DNA from: an uncultured Verrucomicrobiae bacterium
GTDB lineage: Bacteria > Verrucomicrobiota > Verrucomicrobiia > Chthoniobacterales > UBA10450
Direction of reading: 5' to 3'
Assembly (NCBI GenBank): GCA_963735805.1
Contig: CAVTMK010000001.1
Coordinates: 64,001 to 128,000 of the forward strand
Length of the DNA stretch: 64,000 bases
Part shown: positions 20,603 through 30,674 of the stretch, one piece after another
Layout of the letters: each line of letters opens with the position of its first letter
Position numbering within the stretch: the stretch's first letter is position 1
Translations under genes and position numbers: made by a program
Notes under the pieces: generated by a model
The model's input: the letters and a program-made list of their open reading frames with translations, nothing else
Database searches by the model: none
What the model was told of the DNA's origin: nothing

Positions 20603-20953
20603 ATGAAACACCGGATGCTGCGCGTCAATGAAGTCGTGAAGCGCGAGTTGAGCGGGATCGTTGCGCGAGAAATCAACTTCGAAGGCGCCCTGGTTAGCAT
20701 CAACCACGTCGATGTAACATCAGACTTAAAGAACGCGCATGTTTTTGTGAGCGTTCTCGGAACAAAGGCACGCGAAAGCGTCATGAGCAAACTGGCCTCT
20801 CATCGTCCAGCGTTGCAAGCGGAACTAGCTCGCCACGTCACCATGAAATATACGCCGCACCTTATTTTTCATCTCGATGACTCCATCGAGCGCGGGACGC
20901 GTGTGATAAAGATCATGCAGGAAATGGAAGCGTCTCAAGGCGAAAAGAAGTGA
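20603..20953 (+). CDS. rbfA: 30S ribosome-binding factor A
   Basis: RMLRVNEVVKRELS, VTSDLKNAHVFVS, YTPHLIFHLDDSIERG; synteny. Confidence 0.95.
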   Translation: MKHRMLRVNEVVKRELSGIVAREINFEGALVSINHVDVTSDLKNAHVFVSVLGTKARESVMSKLASHRPALQAELARHVTMKYTPHLIFHLDDSIERGTRVIKIMQEMEASQGEKK

Positions 20954-21071
20954 AGACTTTAGGTGCCGCCGTGTGGTCCGTCTATCGGCCTGGGTCGCAG
21001 TCCCCCTTCGCGACTACTTATCCGCCTGCGCGGAAAAACTGCGGCGGATACGCCCAGGCGATAGCTACGAG

Positions 21072-22067
21072 ATGAGCGCTTCGAAATTCCAGGAAATTGG
21101 CCAGATATTGCGCGATCATCAACGCTTCGCTGTCCTGGGTCACGTTCGTCCTGACGGCGATGCGCTGGGGAGCCAACTTGCGCTCGCGCTTTCTCTTCAA
21201 GCACTGGGAAAAGAAGTCCGAGTATGGAATGAGGACGGAATGCTGGAAAAATATTCCTTTCTGCCGCGGGCAGAGTTGCTCACCAAGCCGCCTTCCACTC
21301 CGGAGGATTTCGATGTTGCCATCGCACTCGACACGGCAATTCAAAGCCGGCTTGGCAGCACGCTGGCAGCAGTTCGGTCGTCGAAGATCTGGATCAACAT
21401 CGACCACCACTTGAGTAATCCTGGCTACGGCGATGTGGTTCATGTCGATTCTTCCGCCCCTGCCACAGCTGAAATCATTTTTCACCTGATCAAGAGCCAG
21501 GGCCTGCCGTTGAATCGAGACATCGCGGAAAATCTTTACGCCGCGATTTCCACCGATACAGGCTCGTTCCAATATCCAAAGACCAGCGCAGACACCTTCG
21601 AGATAGCAGCTGAACTCATTCGCACAGGTCTCGATGTCGGACGCCTGAGCCAGGAGCTTTATGAGAATTATCCGCGCCGGCGTCTGGAGCTCTTGCGGGA
21701 ACTGTTACGCACCATGCGTTTCCAGGGGGAAGGTCGCGTGGCAAGTTTTAGTCTTAGCTTGGAAACGGCTGCTGAACTGCGTGTTCTTCCCGAGGATAAC
21801 GAGGGGCTGATCGATCACCTCCGGGCGGTTCGTGGTGTTATCGTTGCCGTGTTTTTCGAAGAACTATCCGATGGCAAAGTGCGTGTGAGCATGCGGTCCA
21901 AAACCGATGCGGTCGATGTCTGCGCCATCTGTCAGAAATTCGGCGGGGGCGGCCATACGCTTGCTGCCGGCGCGCGCGTGCGCGGAACACTCGCGGAAGT
22001 AGAAGAACGAGTTTTGGCAGAAGTTTCCGCCAGGATTAAGTCGCTAAAAGCGGCCTTGGATTCATGA
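21072..22067 (+). CDS. nrnA: DHH-family phosphoesterase (nanoRNase/pAp phosphatase)
   Basis: GHVRPDGDALGS, NIDHH, TDTGSF, GGGGHTLAAG; ATG at 21072. Confidence 0.9.
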   Translation: MSASKFQEIGQILRDHQRFAVLGHVRPDGDALGSQLALALSLQALGKEVRVWNEDGMLEKYSFLPRAELLTKPPSTPEDFDVAIALDTAIQSRLGSTLAAVRSSKIWINIDHHLSNPGYGDVVHVDSSAPATAEIIFHLIKSQGLPLNRDIAENLYAAISTDTGSFQYPKTSADTFEIAAELIRTGLDVGRLSQELYENYPRRRLELLRELLRTMRFQGEGRVASFSLSLETAAELRVLPEDNEGLIDHLRAVRGVIVAVFFEELSDGKVRVSMRSKTDAVDVCAICQKFGGGGHTLAAGARVRGTLAEVEERVLAEVSARIKSLKAALDS

Positions 22068-22124
22068 CTTAGCGTTTCAACGCCTCAACGTTGTAACTCT
22101 TTTAACTTTCTAACCTTGCGTACC

Positions 22125-22847
22125 ATGTCTCATCCTGTCGCTCCTGATGGCGTCCTGCTGGTGGACAAGGCTGAAGGGATGACTTCACACGACGTAGTCG
22201 CGCTGATACGCCGCAAGCTCCAAGTAAGGAAAGTCGGTCATTGTGGCACGCTGGATCCCATAGCGACCGGCTTGCTTCTGATTACTGTGGGCCGCGGCAC
22301 AAAGGTCCAGGATTTGCTAATGAGTGAAGACAAGGAATACGCCGGAACATTCGTTCTCGGTGTGACCACGGATACACAGGATCGGCAGGGAGAAGTCATC
22401 CAGCAACGAGCGGTCCCCGCGTTAGGCGAAGATCAAATTCGCGCCGCTTTTGAAGGTTTTCGGGGCGATTTTTATCAAACGCCCCCGATGGTTTCCGCCA
22501 AAAAGCATGGCGGCGTTCCGCTCTACAAGCTGGCGCGTCAAGGAAAAGTGGTGGAGCGCGAGCCTCGCCTTGTTCATGTCTATCGCTACACAATCGATCG
22601 AATTGCGCTGCCCGAGATCGATTTTAGCGTTCTATGCAGCAAAGGCTTTTATGTGCGCACTTATGTCCACGAGATTGGCGAAACTTTGGGCTGTGGTGCA
22701 CACCTAAAATCCCTGCGCAGAACAAAATCCGGGCGTTTCGATGTTGCCAACGCCATCAGTGTTGCTCAAATCAAAGATGCCCCAGGTGAGGAAATTTTGA
22801 GCAAACTCCTGAGCCTTCCCGACGTGTCGCGCATGCGGGGAGCTTGA
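22125..22847 (+). CDS. truB: tRNA pseudouridine(55) synthase
   Basis: TSHDVV, KVGHCGTLDPIATG, CSKGFYVR, LRRTKSG. Confidence 0.95.
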   Translation: MSHPVAPDGVLLVDKAEGMTSHDVVALIRRKLQVRKVGHCGTLDPIATGLLLITVGRGTKVQDLLMSEDKEYAGTFVLGVTTDTQDRQGEVIQQRAVPALGEDQIRAAFEGFRGDFYQTPPMVSAKKHGGVPLYKLARQGKVVEREPRLVHVYRYTIDRIALPEIDFSVLCSKGFYVRTYVHEIGETLGCGAHLKSLRRTKSGRFDVANAISVAQIKDAPGEEILSKLLSLPDVSRMRGA

Positions 22848-22860
22848 TCGCAATATACTG

Positions 22861-23793
22861 ATGAAAATTCTGACATCGATTCCGGAGCTGGCTTGTTTGC
22901 CCGGCCCGATCTTTCTCGCAATCGGAGTTTTTGACGGCGTCCATCGTGGTCATCAAGCGGTCATTTCCACTTCAGCTCAGCACGCCCGATCAGTAAATGG
23001 CACGCCGGTCGTCGTTACTTTCGACCCGCATCCCATGAAAGTGCTTCGCCCCAGCGAGGCTCCTCATCTGCTCACTTCTACGCTGCATAAGATCAGATTG
23101 ATCCGCGACCTCGAGGTCAGGCACCTGCTCGTCATCAAATTCGACAAGGCATTCGCCGCGACGTCGCCGGAGGACTTTGTGCAGCAGCTTGTGACCCATT
23201 CGAAACCGCTGCAAGAAATTTGTGTCGGACATGAATGGTCATTCGGACAGGGCCGTCGCGGTAATCTGGATCTCTTGAGAAAACTGGGCGCGCAGTTCGA
23301 CTTTGAGGTCGTCGGAATTCCCGCTGTCACGTTGAGCAACAGTGAATTGGTGAGCAGCACTGCGATCCGTCACGCTATTGAAGCAGGTGATCTGGCAAAG
23401 GCCGCCGAGATGCTGGGACACAAGTACACGATCCTTGGCACGGTTGTGCGCGGTGAACATCTCGGAAAAAAGATCGGGTTCCCGACGGCGAATTTAAGTG
23501 CTCACAGTGAGCAATTCCCTCCAAATGGGGTCTATTTCGCCCAGGCCACGCTGAATGGCATCGTCTATCCAGGCGTGGTTAATCTCGGTTATCGCCCAAC
23601 GGTGAGTAGCAGCAAATCCGAGCGGGTACTTGAGATTTATCTGCTCGACTTCGACCGGGATATTTACGGGAAGGATGTTGAAGTTCGTTTTGTCCAGTAT
23701 CTCAGGTCGGAACAAAAATTCGAAAATCTCGACGCATTGGTCAGGCAAATCGAACTTGATGTGCAACAGGTCCGCAAACTTTGCGCGGCATAG
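22861..23793 (+). CDS. ribF: Bifunctional riboflavin kinase/FAD synthetase
   Basis: GVFDGVHRGHQ, TFDPHP, SSTAIR, GFPTAN, NLGYRPTV. Confidence 0.95.
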   Translation: MKILTSIPELACLPGPIFLAIGVFDGVHRGHQAVISTSAQHARSVNGTPVVVTFDPHPMKVLRPSEAPHLLTSTLHKIRLIRDLEVRHLLVIKFDKAFAATSPEDFVQQLVTHSKPLQEICVGHEWSFGQGRRGNLDLLRKLGAQFDFEVVGIPAVTLSNSELVSSTAIRHAIEAGDLAKAAEMLGHKYTILGTVVRGEHLGKKIGFPTANLSAHSEQFPPNGVYFAQATLNGIVYPGVVNLGYRPTVSSSKSERVLEIYLLDFDRDIYGKDVEVRFVQYLRSEQKFENLDALVRQIELDVQQVRKLCAA

Positions 23794-23829
23794 CGGGATT
23801 TCGAAAGAGCGTTTTACTTACGGAGAAAG

Positions 23830-24171
23830 CTAGGATCGCACGCCCCCGCCCCTGGATAGCGCGGCCACAGCGCCCGCTGCCGTTACGACAAGGCCGCTGG
23901 CGAGAGCAAGCGCAAAAACCCACAACGTGGGCAGGGCTACCAGGCGTTCGACGGTGATACTAACAAAGCGACCGCCACCCGAAACGACATACGCAAGCAC
24001 GCTTGCCAGGAAAGTCATCCCCAGAAGAATGGCAGCCCGCAACAGATCGCGACCCCGCCGAGGAGGCGGTAACTGTTGCAACACTCGGGCAGTAAATCCC
24101 TCGTCGTCGATGTAGGGCGCCGCTTCGCGTAATTCCTGTTCAAGCCAATCTTCCTGATTCACTTCCTTCAT
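23830..24171 (-). CDS. Putative membrane anti-sigma factor (DUF5056-like)
   Basis: IDDEGFTARVLQQLP followed by two TM helices; directly downstream of the ECF sigma. Confidence 0.7.
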   Translation of the reverse strand: MKEVNQEDWLEQELREAAPYIDDEGFTARVLQQLPPPRRGRDLLRAAILLGMTFLASVLAYVVSGGGRFVSITVERLVALPTLWVFALALASGLVVTAAGAVAALSRGGGVRS

Positions 24172-24177
24172 ATCTAA

Positions 24178-24714
24178 TTAGTTTGGACCCCAGTCGGCAA
24201 GCATTCGTTTCAATTTCTCGCGACCCCTAAGAACATTCGTTTTCACCGTACCAAGGGGAATGTCGAGAACACGCGCAGCCTCGTCGTGCGACAGGCCGTT
24301 CTGGCAACAGAGTAAAACCGCGGAGCGTTCGTTTAAGGGAAGCAAACTCAATGCGCGCATAAGATCGTGTCTCAATCCAGGGTTGGCGACCTGAGGATCC
24401 AGTTGGGTTTGAAGTTGCTCCTCATCGATTCCCACAAGTTCCTTCCGGCGGCGCGCATCTTCTCGAAAAGAATTGTAAGCAATCCGATAAAGCCACGTGG
24501 AAAAGCGCGCCTCACCGCGAAAGCTGCGGATGTTCTTATAAGCACGCAAGAATGTTTGTTGCGCCAGATCGTCTGCGAGAGCTGCGTCGGTCCGAGTAAG
24601 TTGACGCAGCAGACCGCGCACGGCGGATTGATGCCGCCGAACCAGCTCACCGAAAGCGTGCTGATCGTCATCGACAAGAACTCTGGCGACCAGGTCTGCA
24701 TCAGTCAGCTCCAC
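24178..24714 (-). CDS. ECF RNA polymerase sigma factor
   Basis: ADDLAQQTFLRAY, FSTWLYRIAYN, IPLGTVKT region 4. Confidence 0.92.
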   Translation of the reverse strand: MELTDADLVARVLVDDDQHAFGELVRRHQSAVRGLLRQLTRTDAALADDLAQQTFLRAYKNIRSFRGEARFSTWLYRIAYNSFREDARRRKELVGIDEEQLQTQLDPQVANPGLRHDLMRALSLLPLNERSAVLLCCQNGLSHDEAARVLDIPLGTVKTNVLRGREKLKRMLADWGPN

Positions 24715-24723
24715 AGCCGCAGA

Positions 24724-25368
24724 TTACGGTACCGGCGGCGGATTGTCCTTTTTTGTATCCAGCTTCCATACAAGCAAATAGCCAGCGCCAATCAGAAACG
24801 GGATGAGTCCCAGGGTCCATGCACCGCCCTCCCAATCACTTGCCGCGCCAAAGAAGGCAATCAGACCAATGCCAATCATTGCCAGGACGACGCCTCGGCG
24901 CAGATCGGAACGCTGTCTTTGGGCTGGCGGTGGATTCAGCAGCGCTTCCGGTACGGGCTGCCCTTTTTCTACCATCATCCGGACCGTTCGATGGAGGGCG
25001 CGCGATTTGGAGAAACTGAAATACAGAATTAGCCCGACAATTAGTACCGGCGCGCCGAAGATTGTCAGGAAAACAATTCCAACGAGGGGGATTACCAATG
25101 CAGGAATATCCTTCGATTTTCCAAAACCGAGATCGCCTTCATCGTGATCGCCTTCGATGATGACTCCGTGTTTGCCGTGAAACTTTTTCTCCAGCTTTTG
25201 GTGAATCTTGTCGGCCAGACGCGATGGAGAGACACTGGCGGTTGAAGTTACCGATGCTGTTGTTGCAGCGGTTGGGGAGCTCGAAATCGGCGACACGGTC
25301 GGTGTCTGCGCAAATGAGCCCGCCGCCAGGGCGAGGGAACAAACGTAGATAGTAATGAATCTATTCAT
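24724..25368 (-). CDS. DUF6249-like membrane protein with signal peptide
   Basis: Signal peptide, S/T-rich linker, MVEKGQPVPEALL, SDLRRGVVL, GLIPFLIGAGYLL; first gene of the ECF operon. Confidence 0.7.
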   Translation of the reverse strand: MNRFITIYVCSLALAAGSFAQTPTVSPISSSPTAATTASVTSTASVSPSRLADKIHQKLEKKFHGKHGVIIEGDHDEGDLGFGKSKDIPALVIPLVGIVFLTIFGAPVLIVGLILYFSFSKSRALHRTVRMMVEKGQPVPEALLNPPPAQRQRSDLRRGVVLAMIGIGLIAFFGAASDWEGGAWTLGLIPFLIGAGYLLVWKLDTKKDNPPPVP

Positions 25369-25494
25369 AGTGGATGATTTGACCATAGGATGCACTCAGC
25401 GTGTTACTTGGATTCAACTATTTCAACTATTCCGCGGCAATTAAAGGTTGCGCCCCGCGGGCGGCTGGACATTATTTGTCTCCCTCAGAAAATT

Positions 25495-25566
25495 GCGGGT
25501 GTAGCTCAGTGGTAGAGCGTCTCGTTGCCAACGAGAAAGTCGCGAGTTCGACCCTCGTCACCCGCT
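25495..25566 (+). tRNA. tRNA-Gly(GCC)
   Basis: Cloverleaf with GCGGGTG/CACCCGC acceptor stem, anticodon loop TTGCCAA, TTCGA T-loop; CCA not encoded. Confidence 0.95.
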
Positions 25567-25627
25567 CATTTTTTTGGCTGCGTTGATCCAAACATCGGGT
25601 ACAGCCTGGGAGTATTTCTCTGAAACG

Positions 25628-26461
25628 ATGCATCTGTGGTGCAAACTAGCCGAACCCCGCTGGCTAAGCGCACATGAGGACACTTTGCAAGCACGGTCAC
25701 ACGGCAGACTTGTCATTGTCTCCAGACCCGGGCGCAAGCGGCTGCAACTAGAAATTTCGTGCAGGTCTCGCAACCTTGCGCGAAAACTGATCGAAGAATT
25801 TGGAGGACGAACTGAAAAATGGCCGCGCCATTGGCTAAAACGATTCACAAGTCTCCGTAAATCGAAGGCGCTCAAGATTGGAGGACGATTGTTAGTCTCT
25901 AACGTGGAAGGGACCTTCGCCTCCCAATTATCCCGACGGAAAGGCACCTTCCATATTGTTATACCAGCTTCTGCCGCCTTCGGGACGGGAGAGCACGCGA
26001 CGACAGCCATGTCGCTTCGTTTCCTTGAACACTTGACTCGCAGATGGGAAGAGGGTTGGTCCTTGGCAGATCTCGGGACTGGGAGCGGGATCCTCGCTCT
26101 CGCAGCGAAACGCTTTGGGGCAGGGCGTGTGATTGGCATTGATATCGATCCAAGAGCGATCGCGATCGCCGAAGCGAACGCACGACTGAACAAGATCGAA
26201 AACGTCGATTTTCGCTTGGCTGATCTCCACAGATGGAAACCAACCCGCTCGAGAGACATTATCGTCGCCAATCTGTACAGCGAGTTGTTGATCGAGGTCC
26301 TACCGAAACTGAAACGGTGCACTTGGCTCACTCTTTCCGGTGTGCTGCGCACACAGGAAACCGAATTCCTGCATGTTCTGCGACTGAACAACATCGAGAT
26401 CGTGAACGTGAAACGCCGAGGGAAGTGGATCGCAGTATTGGCCAATTGCGAGGATCATTAA
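25628..26461 (+). CDS. prmA: Ribosomal protein L11 methyltransferase-like
   Basis: AFGTGEHATT, DLGTGSGILA, GIDIDP, IVANL, LSGVL. Confidence 0.8.
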   Translation: MHLWCKLAEPRWLSAHEDTLQARSHGRLVIVSRPGRKRLQLEISCRSRNLARKLIEEFGGRTEKWPRHWLKRFTSLRKSKALKIGGRLLVSNVEGTFASQLSRRKGTFHIVIPASAAFGTGEHATTAMSLRFLEHLTRRWEEGWSLADLGTGSGILALAAKRFGAGRVIGIDIDPRAIAIAEANARLNKIENVDFRLADLHRWKPTRSRDIIVANLYSELLIEVLPKLKRCTWLTLSGVLRTQETEFLHVLRLNNIEIVNVKRRGKWIAVLANCEDH

Positions 26462-26596
26462 TAAGGTTTACCTGGCCACTGAAAAAACAAAAATTTGCAC
26501 TGGCGAAGGCCGCCAGCTACGTTCTTCCAGCCTTTGCGGCTTCGGGTTCTCTGCATCTCACGCGGTTTAATCACGAGCCGCGGCAGCACAGATACT

Positions 26597-27673
26597 ATGC
26601 AGAACGAACAACTTGCCTACGTTGCCGTAACGTCGTATTCGATGCGCAAATCGCGCACCGGCGGCATCGTGGGCCGGCTGATTTCGCGCACAGGACTCGA
26701 CTTGGTCGGCGGGCGCATGTTCGCGCCAAGTCTGGAGTTAGCCAAACGCTATGCCGAGACGATTGTGACGGAAACCGATCCGCGTCATCGCGCGACACAG
26801 GAACTAATCCGCGATTATGTACTCAAGAATTTCACGGGAGAGAAAAATGGGCAGCTCCCCCGTGTGTTGTTTCTCATCTTTCGGGGTCCAGACGCCGTGG
26901 AAAGGATTCGTCACACCGTTGGGCACATTGTGCACGAGCGCACGAGCGGAGAAACGATTCGTGATACGTACGGCGATTACATCACGGATGATTCAGGCAA
27001 GGTAACCTATTTTGAGCCTGGAGTATTGGCGGTGTTCGACCCTAAAGCGGTTGAACGCGATTTGAAACTTTGGGCTGAATTTTCCGATTCTGATGGCGGG
27101 ATCCTGGAGCGCGTGGTCCCCTTCCCGTCCAACGCGCAAGTCGAAAAAACTTTGGTCCTGATCAAGCCTGACAATTTCAGGTTTCCGAATCTACGGCCCG
27201 GCGGCGTCATAGAAGTATTTTCGCGCTCGGGGCTCTCCATCATTGGATTCAAAGTTCACCAGATGAGCGTTGCACAGGCGGAGGAATTTTACGGCCCGGT
27301 GCTAACGGTTTTGGAGAAGAAGCTCGGCCCAAAGAGTGGCCGCGAAAACTGGGAAAGCATCGTTGAATTCATGGCCGGAAGAAAGCCCAGCGAATGCCCC
27401 CCCGAGCAACGGGACGCTCCCGGGACGGAAAAATCGATCGCGATTGTTTATCAGGGCGTGGATGCTGTGCGCAAGATTAGAGACGTGCTCGGCCCAACCG
27501 ATCCAGCCAAGGCGCCTCCAGGTTCGATCCGTCGCGAATTCGGGCAGACTATCATGATCAACGCCGCGCATGCATCGGATTCTCCCGAAAACGCTAAACG
27601 CGAAATGGCAATCGTTCGAATCGACGAGAATAATTTCAAACCTCTGATTGAAAACTTCTATGGTCACCAATAG
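26597..27673 (+). CDS. ndk: Long (tandem-domain) nucleoside-diphosphate kinase
   Basis: C-terminal domain EKTLVLIKPD...LGPTDPAKAPPGSIRREFG...NAAHASDS; N-terminal NDK-like repeat (GETIRDTYG). Confidence 0.85.
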   Translation: MQNEQLAYVAVTSYSMRKSRTGGIVGRLISRTGLDLVGGRMFAPSLELAKRYAETIVTETDPRHRATQELIRDYVLKNFTGEKNGQLPRVLFLIFRGPDAVERIRHTVGHIVHERTSGETIRDTYGDYITDDSGKVTYFEPGVLAVFDPKAVERDLKLWAEFSDSDGGILERVVPFPSNAQVEKTLVLIKPDNFRFPNLRPGGVIEVFSRSGLSIIGFKVHQMSVAQAEEFYGPVLTVLEKKLGPKSGRENWESIVEFMAGRKPSECPPEQRDAPGTEKSIAIVYQGVDAVRKIRDVLGPTDPAKAPPGSIRREFGQTIMINAAHASDSPENAKREMAIVRIDENNFKPLIENFYGHQ

Positions 27674-27716
27674 TTTGCGCTCCATTTTGAATGATCCCAC
27701 AACCAGCCCTACTCCT

Positions 27717-28880
27717 ATGGAAATTTCCGAACGTGCCGCTCAACTGAGTCCTTCGCTTACTCTCTCGATCGATAGCAAGGCCAAAGCCATGAAAGCCGAA
27801 GGCATTGATGTCTGCGGTTTCGGCGCCGGAGAACCGGATTTCGATACGCCCGAGCACATAAAGAAGGCCGCGATCGACGCATTGGAGTCCGGTTTTACCA
27901 AATACACACCCAGCGCTGGAATCCCAGAGCTGCGTCAGGCGATCGCAGAAAAACTGGCTGCCGATAACGATCTGAATTACCGCGCTGCACAAGTGATCGT
28001 AAGCAACGGTGCAAAGCACGCATGCTATAACGCAATCCTTGCGACATGCCAGCCTGGCGATGAAGTCATTATCCCTGCGCCTTATTGGGTCAGTTATCCG
28101 GAGATGGTCAGGCTAGCTGGCGCTGAACCTGTAATCGTTCCAACAAGCGAGCGCAATGGTTGGAAAATGCGCGCTGAAGATTTTGAGAATGCAATGACCC
28201 CTCGCACGAAAATGCTCATCATGAATAGCCCCGGCAACCCGACGGGATCGGTCTATACCCGTGAGGAATTACAGGCGATTGTCGATGTAGCCGCTGAAGA
28301 GGACATTTACATTCTGTCAGATGAAATTTACGAGAAGCTCGTCTACGACGAAGCGAAACATGTGAGCATCGGGTCGCTCTCCCAGGCAGCGTACGATCTG
28401 ACGATCACAGTCAACGGCTTCAGCAAATCCTATGCGATGACAGGTTGGCGCCTCGGTTATCTGGCAGCGCCAGAAGCGGTAGCCAAAGCGGTCGATTCAA
28501 TCCAAAGCCACACCGCGTCGAATCCTTCTTCCTTCTCGCAGTACGGCGCGCTCGCTGCGTTAAAAGGCGATCAACAGCCGGTGATCGACATGCGTGAAGA
28601 GTTCGATATGCGGCGCAATTACATGTTCGACCGTGTGTCGAAGATCTCAAACGTAACGGCAGTCAAACCGCAGGGCGCATTTTACGTGCTGGTGAATATC
28701 AGTCAGCTTGGCCTAACATCACAAAATTTCGCCGATCGCCTGCTGAGCAAAGCCAATGTCGCAGTCGTTCCGGGAGCCGCTTTCGGCGATGATCGCACGG
28801 TCCGGCTTAGCTACGCCACAAGTATCGACGTCGTCAAAAAAGGATTAGACCGCTTCCAGGACTTTTGCCGCACGCTCTAA
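27717..28880 (+). CDS. PLP-dependent aminotransferase class I (aspartate aminotransferase-like)
   Basis: GEPDF, NSPGNPTG, SDEIY, GFSKSYAMTGWRLG. Confidence 0.93.
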   Translation: MEISERAAQLSPSLTLSIDSKAKAMKAEGIDVCGFGAGEPDFDTPEHIKKAAIDALESGFTKYTPSAGIPELRQAIAEKLAADNDLNYRAAQVIVSNGAKHACYNAILATCQPGDEVIIPAPYWVSYPEMVRLAGAEPVIVPTSERNGWKMRAEDFENAMTPRTKMLIMNSPGNPTGSVYTREELQAIVDVAAEEDIYILSDEIYEKLVYDEAKHVSIGSLSQAAYDLTITVNGFSKSYAMTGWRLGYLAAPEAVAKAVDSIQSHTASNPSSFSQYGALAALKGDQQPVIDMREEFDMRRNYMFDRVSKISNVTAVKPQGAFYVLVNISQLGLTSQNFADRLLSKANVAVVPGAAFGDDRTVRLSYATSIDVVKKGLDRFQDFCRTL

Positions 28881-28970
28881 CAATCGCGGATTGGCGATTG
28901 CTGATTGTGGACTTCAAGGCGAGGTGATAGCGGAATTGTCGGCGTCCGCACTCCCATTCCGAAATTCGCA

Positions 28971-30602
28971 ATGCCTTCCGGTTATCTCGCGCTCATATTC
29001 CACGCGCATCTGCCATTCGTCCGCCATCCCGAGCATCATCATTTTCTCGAAGAAGATTGGTTCTTTGAAGCAATAACGGAAAGTTACATCCCGCTGGTGC
29101 GCATGATGCAGCGTCTGGCGGACGACCATGTGCCGTTCAAACTCAGCATGTCCATCACGCCTACGCTTTGCGCCATGCTTCAGGATGGGCTGCTTTGCGA
29201 GCGTTACGTCGCGCATCTGGATTTTTTAATCGACCTCGCTGCGCGCGAACAAAGACGAAACCGCAAACATCCGCGACTTCGCGAATTGGCCGAGTTCTAC
29301 TCGAAAATCTTTTGCGAAACCAAGCGTTTCTTTGTCGATGAACGCAAATGCGATCTGTTGACCTCCTTTCGCGAATTGCAAAAAAGTGGCCAACTTGAAA
29401 TCATTGCATCCGCCGCAACGCACGGCTTGCTTCCCCTGCTTCTGTACACCTCGGGCGGATCGCCGGAAGCAGCGCGCGCTCAAATTTTGGTCGGACGCGA
29501 TGTCTACGTCGATCTTTTCGCTACCGAACCCGTCGGCTTTTGGCTCCCTGAATGCGCTTTCGCGCCGGGTCTCGAGTTTATTCTACAAGAGGCAAATGTT
29601 CGCTGGTTCGTTCTCGACACACACGGTCTTCTGTTTGGAAAGCCGCGTCCGCGTCGCTCGATCTATGCACCCTGTTATACGCCGGCCGGGCCGGCCGCGT
29701 TTGCGCGCGACAGCGATTCCAGCCGGCAGGTTTGGAGCGCACAAGGAGGCTACCCCGGTGACCCTGATTACAGGGAATTTTATCGCGACGTTGGATTCGA
29801 CCTTCCAACGGAACATTTAGGACCAATCGGTCACGACGCCCGGAAATTTTCCGGAGTGAAATATCACCGCATTACCGGCCCTGGCGAAGAGAAGGAGCTA
29901 TACGATCCGGTCGCCGCGGGAAAGATCGCTGAAAGGCAAGCCATTCATTTCATCGAGGAACGCCGGCGACAAATCAGCGAAATCAGTGCGACAGGGTTTG
30001 ATCCTATTGTGGTCGTTCCGTTCGACGCAGAGTTGTTTGGTCACTGGTGGTTCGAAGGCCCGCGTTTTCTCGAACAATTTGTTCGCCTGGCAGCAAACGA
30101 AAACCAATTTCGTCTCTCGACGCCGAGCGAATACCTGGCGGCGAATCCCACCCAGCAAGTCCTTGAGCCGGCAACCTCAACGTGGGGCGAGAATGGTTAT
30201 TTTGAGGTCTGGCTGAATCCAGATAATGCGTGGATTTATTCACAGCTGCAAATTGCCGCACATCGGATGACTGAAATTTCCCGCAGATATGCTTCTGCTG
30301 TGGGAGAGCAACAGCAACCACTCCAGTTTGCCGGCGGGGCGCCGTCCGCTCTACAATTTGCCGATCGTTATCTAAAGCAATTGGCCCGCGAACTTTTGCT
30401 CGCTCAATCCAGCGATTGGGCATTCTTGATCAAGGCTGGGACGGCGCGCGAATACGCAACCAAGCGCACTATCGATCATCTTTCCCGCTTCAATCGTTTA
30501 CACGATCAGATCGTCACCAATACTGTGGATGAACAATTTTTACGCGAGTGCGAATCGCGCGATAACCTGTTTCCGAACGTAAACTGGCGCTATTACATCT
30601 AG
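28971..30602 (+). CDS. GH57 1,4-alpha-glucan branching enzyme (DUF1957)
   Basis: HAHLPFVRHP, WLPECAF, PFDAELFGHWWFEG, LAQSSDW. Confidence 0.92.
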   Translation: MPSGYLALIFHAHLPFVRHPEHHHFLEEDWFFEAITESYIPLVRMMQRLADDHVPFKLSMSITPTLCAMLQDGLLCERYVAHLDFLIDLAAREQRRNRKHPRLRELAEFYSKIFCETKRFFVDERKCDLLTSFRELQKSGQLEIIASAATHGLLPLLLYTSGGSPEAARAQILVGRDVYVDLFATEPVGFWLPECAFAPGLEFILQEANVRWFVLDTHGLLFGKPRPRRSIYAPCYTPAGPAAFARDSDSSRQVWSAQGGYPGDPDYREFYRDVGFDLPTEHLGPIGHDARKFSGVKYHRITGPGEEKELYDPVAAGKIAERQAIHFIEERRRQISEISATGFDPIVVVPFDAELFGHWWFEGPRFLEQFVRLAANENQFRLSTPSEYLAANPTQQVLEPATSTWGENGYFEVWLNPDNAWIYSQLQIAAHRMTEISRRYASAVGEQQQPLQFAGGAPSALQFADRYLKQLARELLLAQSSDWAFLIKAGTAREYATKRTIDHLSRFNRLHDQIVTNTVDEQFLRECESRDNLFPNVNWRYYI

Positions 30603-30608
30603 GCCACT

Positions 30609-30674
30609 TGTCATTCCGAGCGAAGTCGAGGAATCTCCCGCTGTTCGTCTTTGCCTCGACGGCCAGGTATGACA
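30609..30674. repeat. Degenerate REP-like palindromic element
   Basis: TGTCATTCCGAGCGAAGTCGAGG...CCTCGAC...ATGACA; a related arm occurs at about 2411-2433 (TTCTTCGCCTCGTTCAGAATGAC). Confidence 0.55.
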
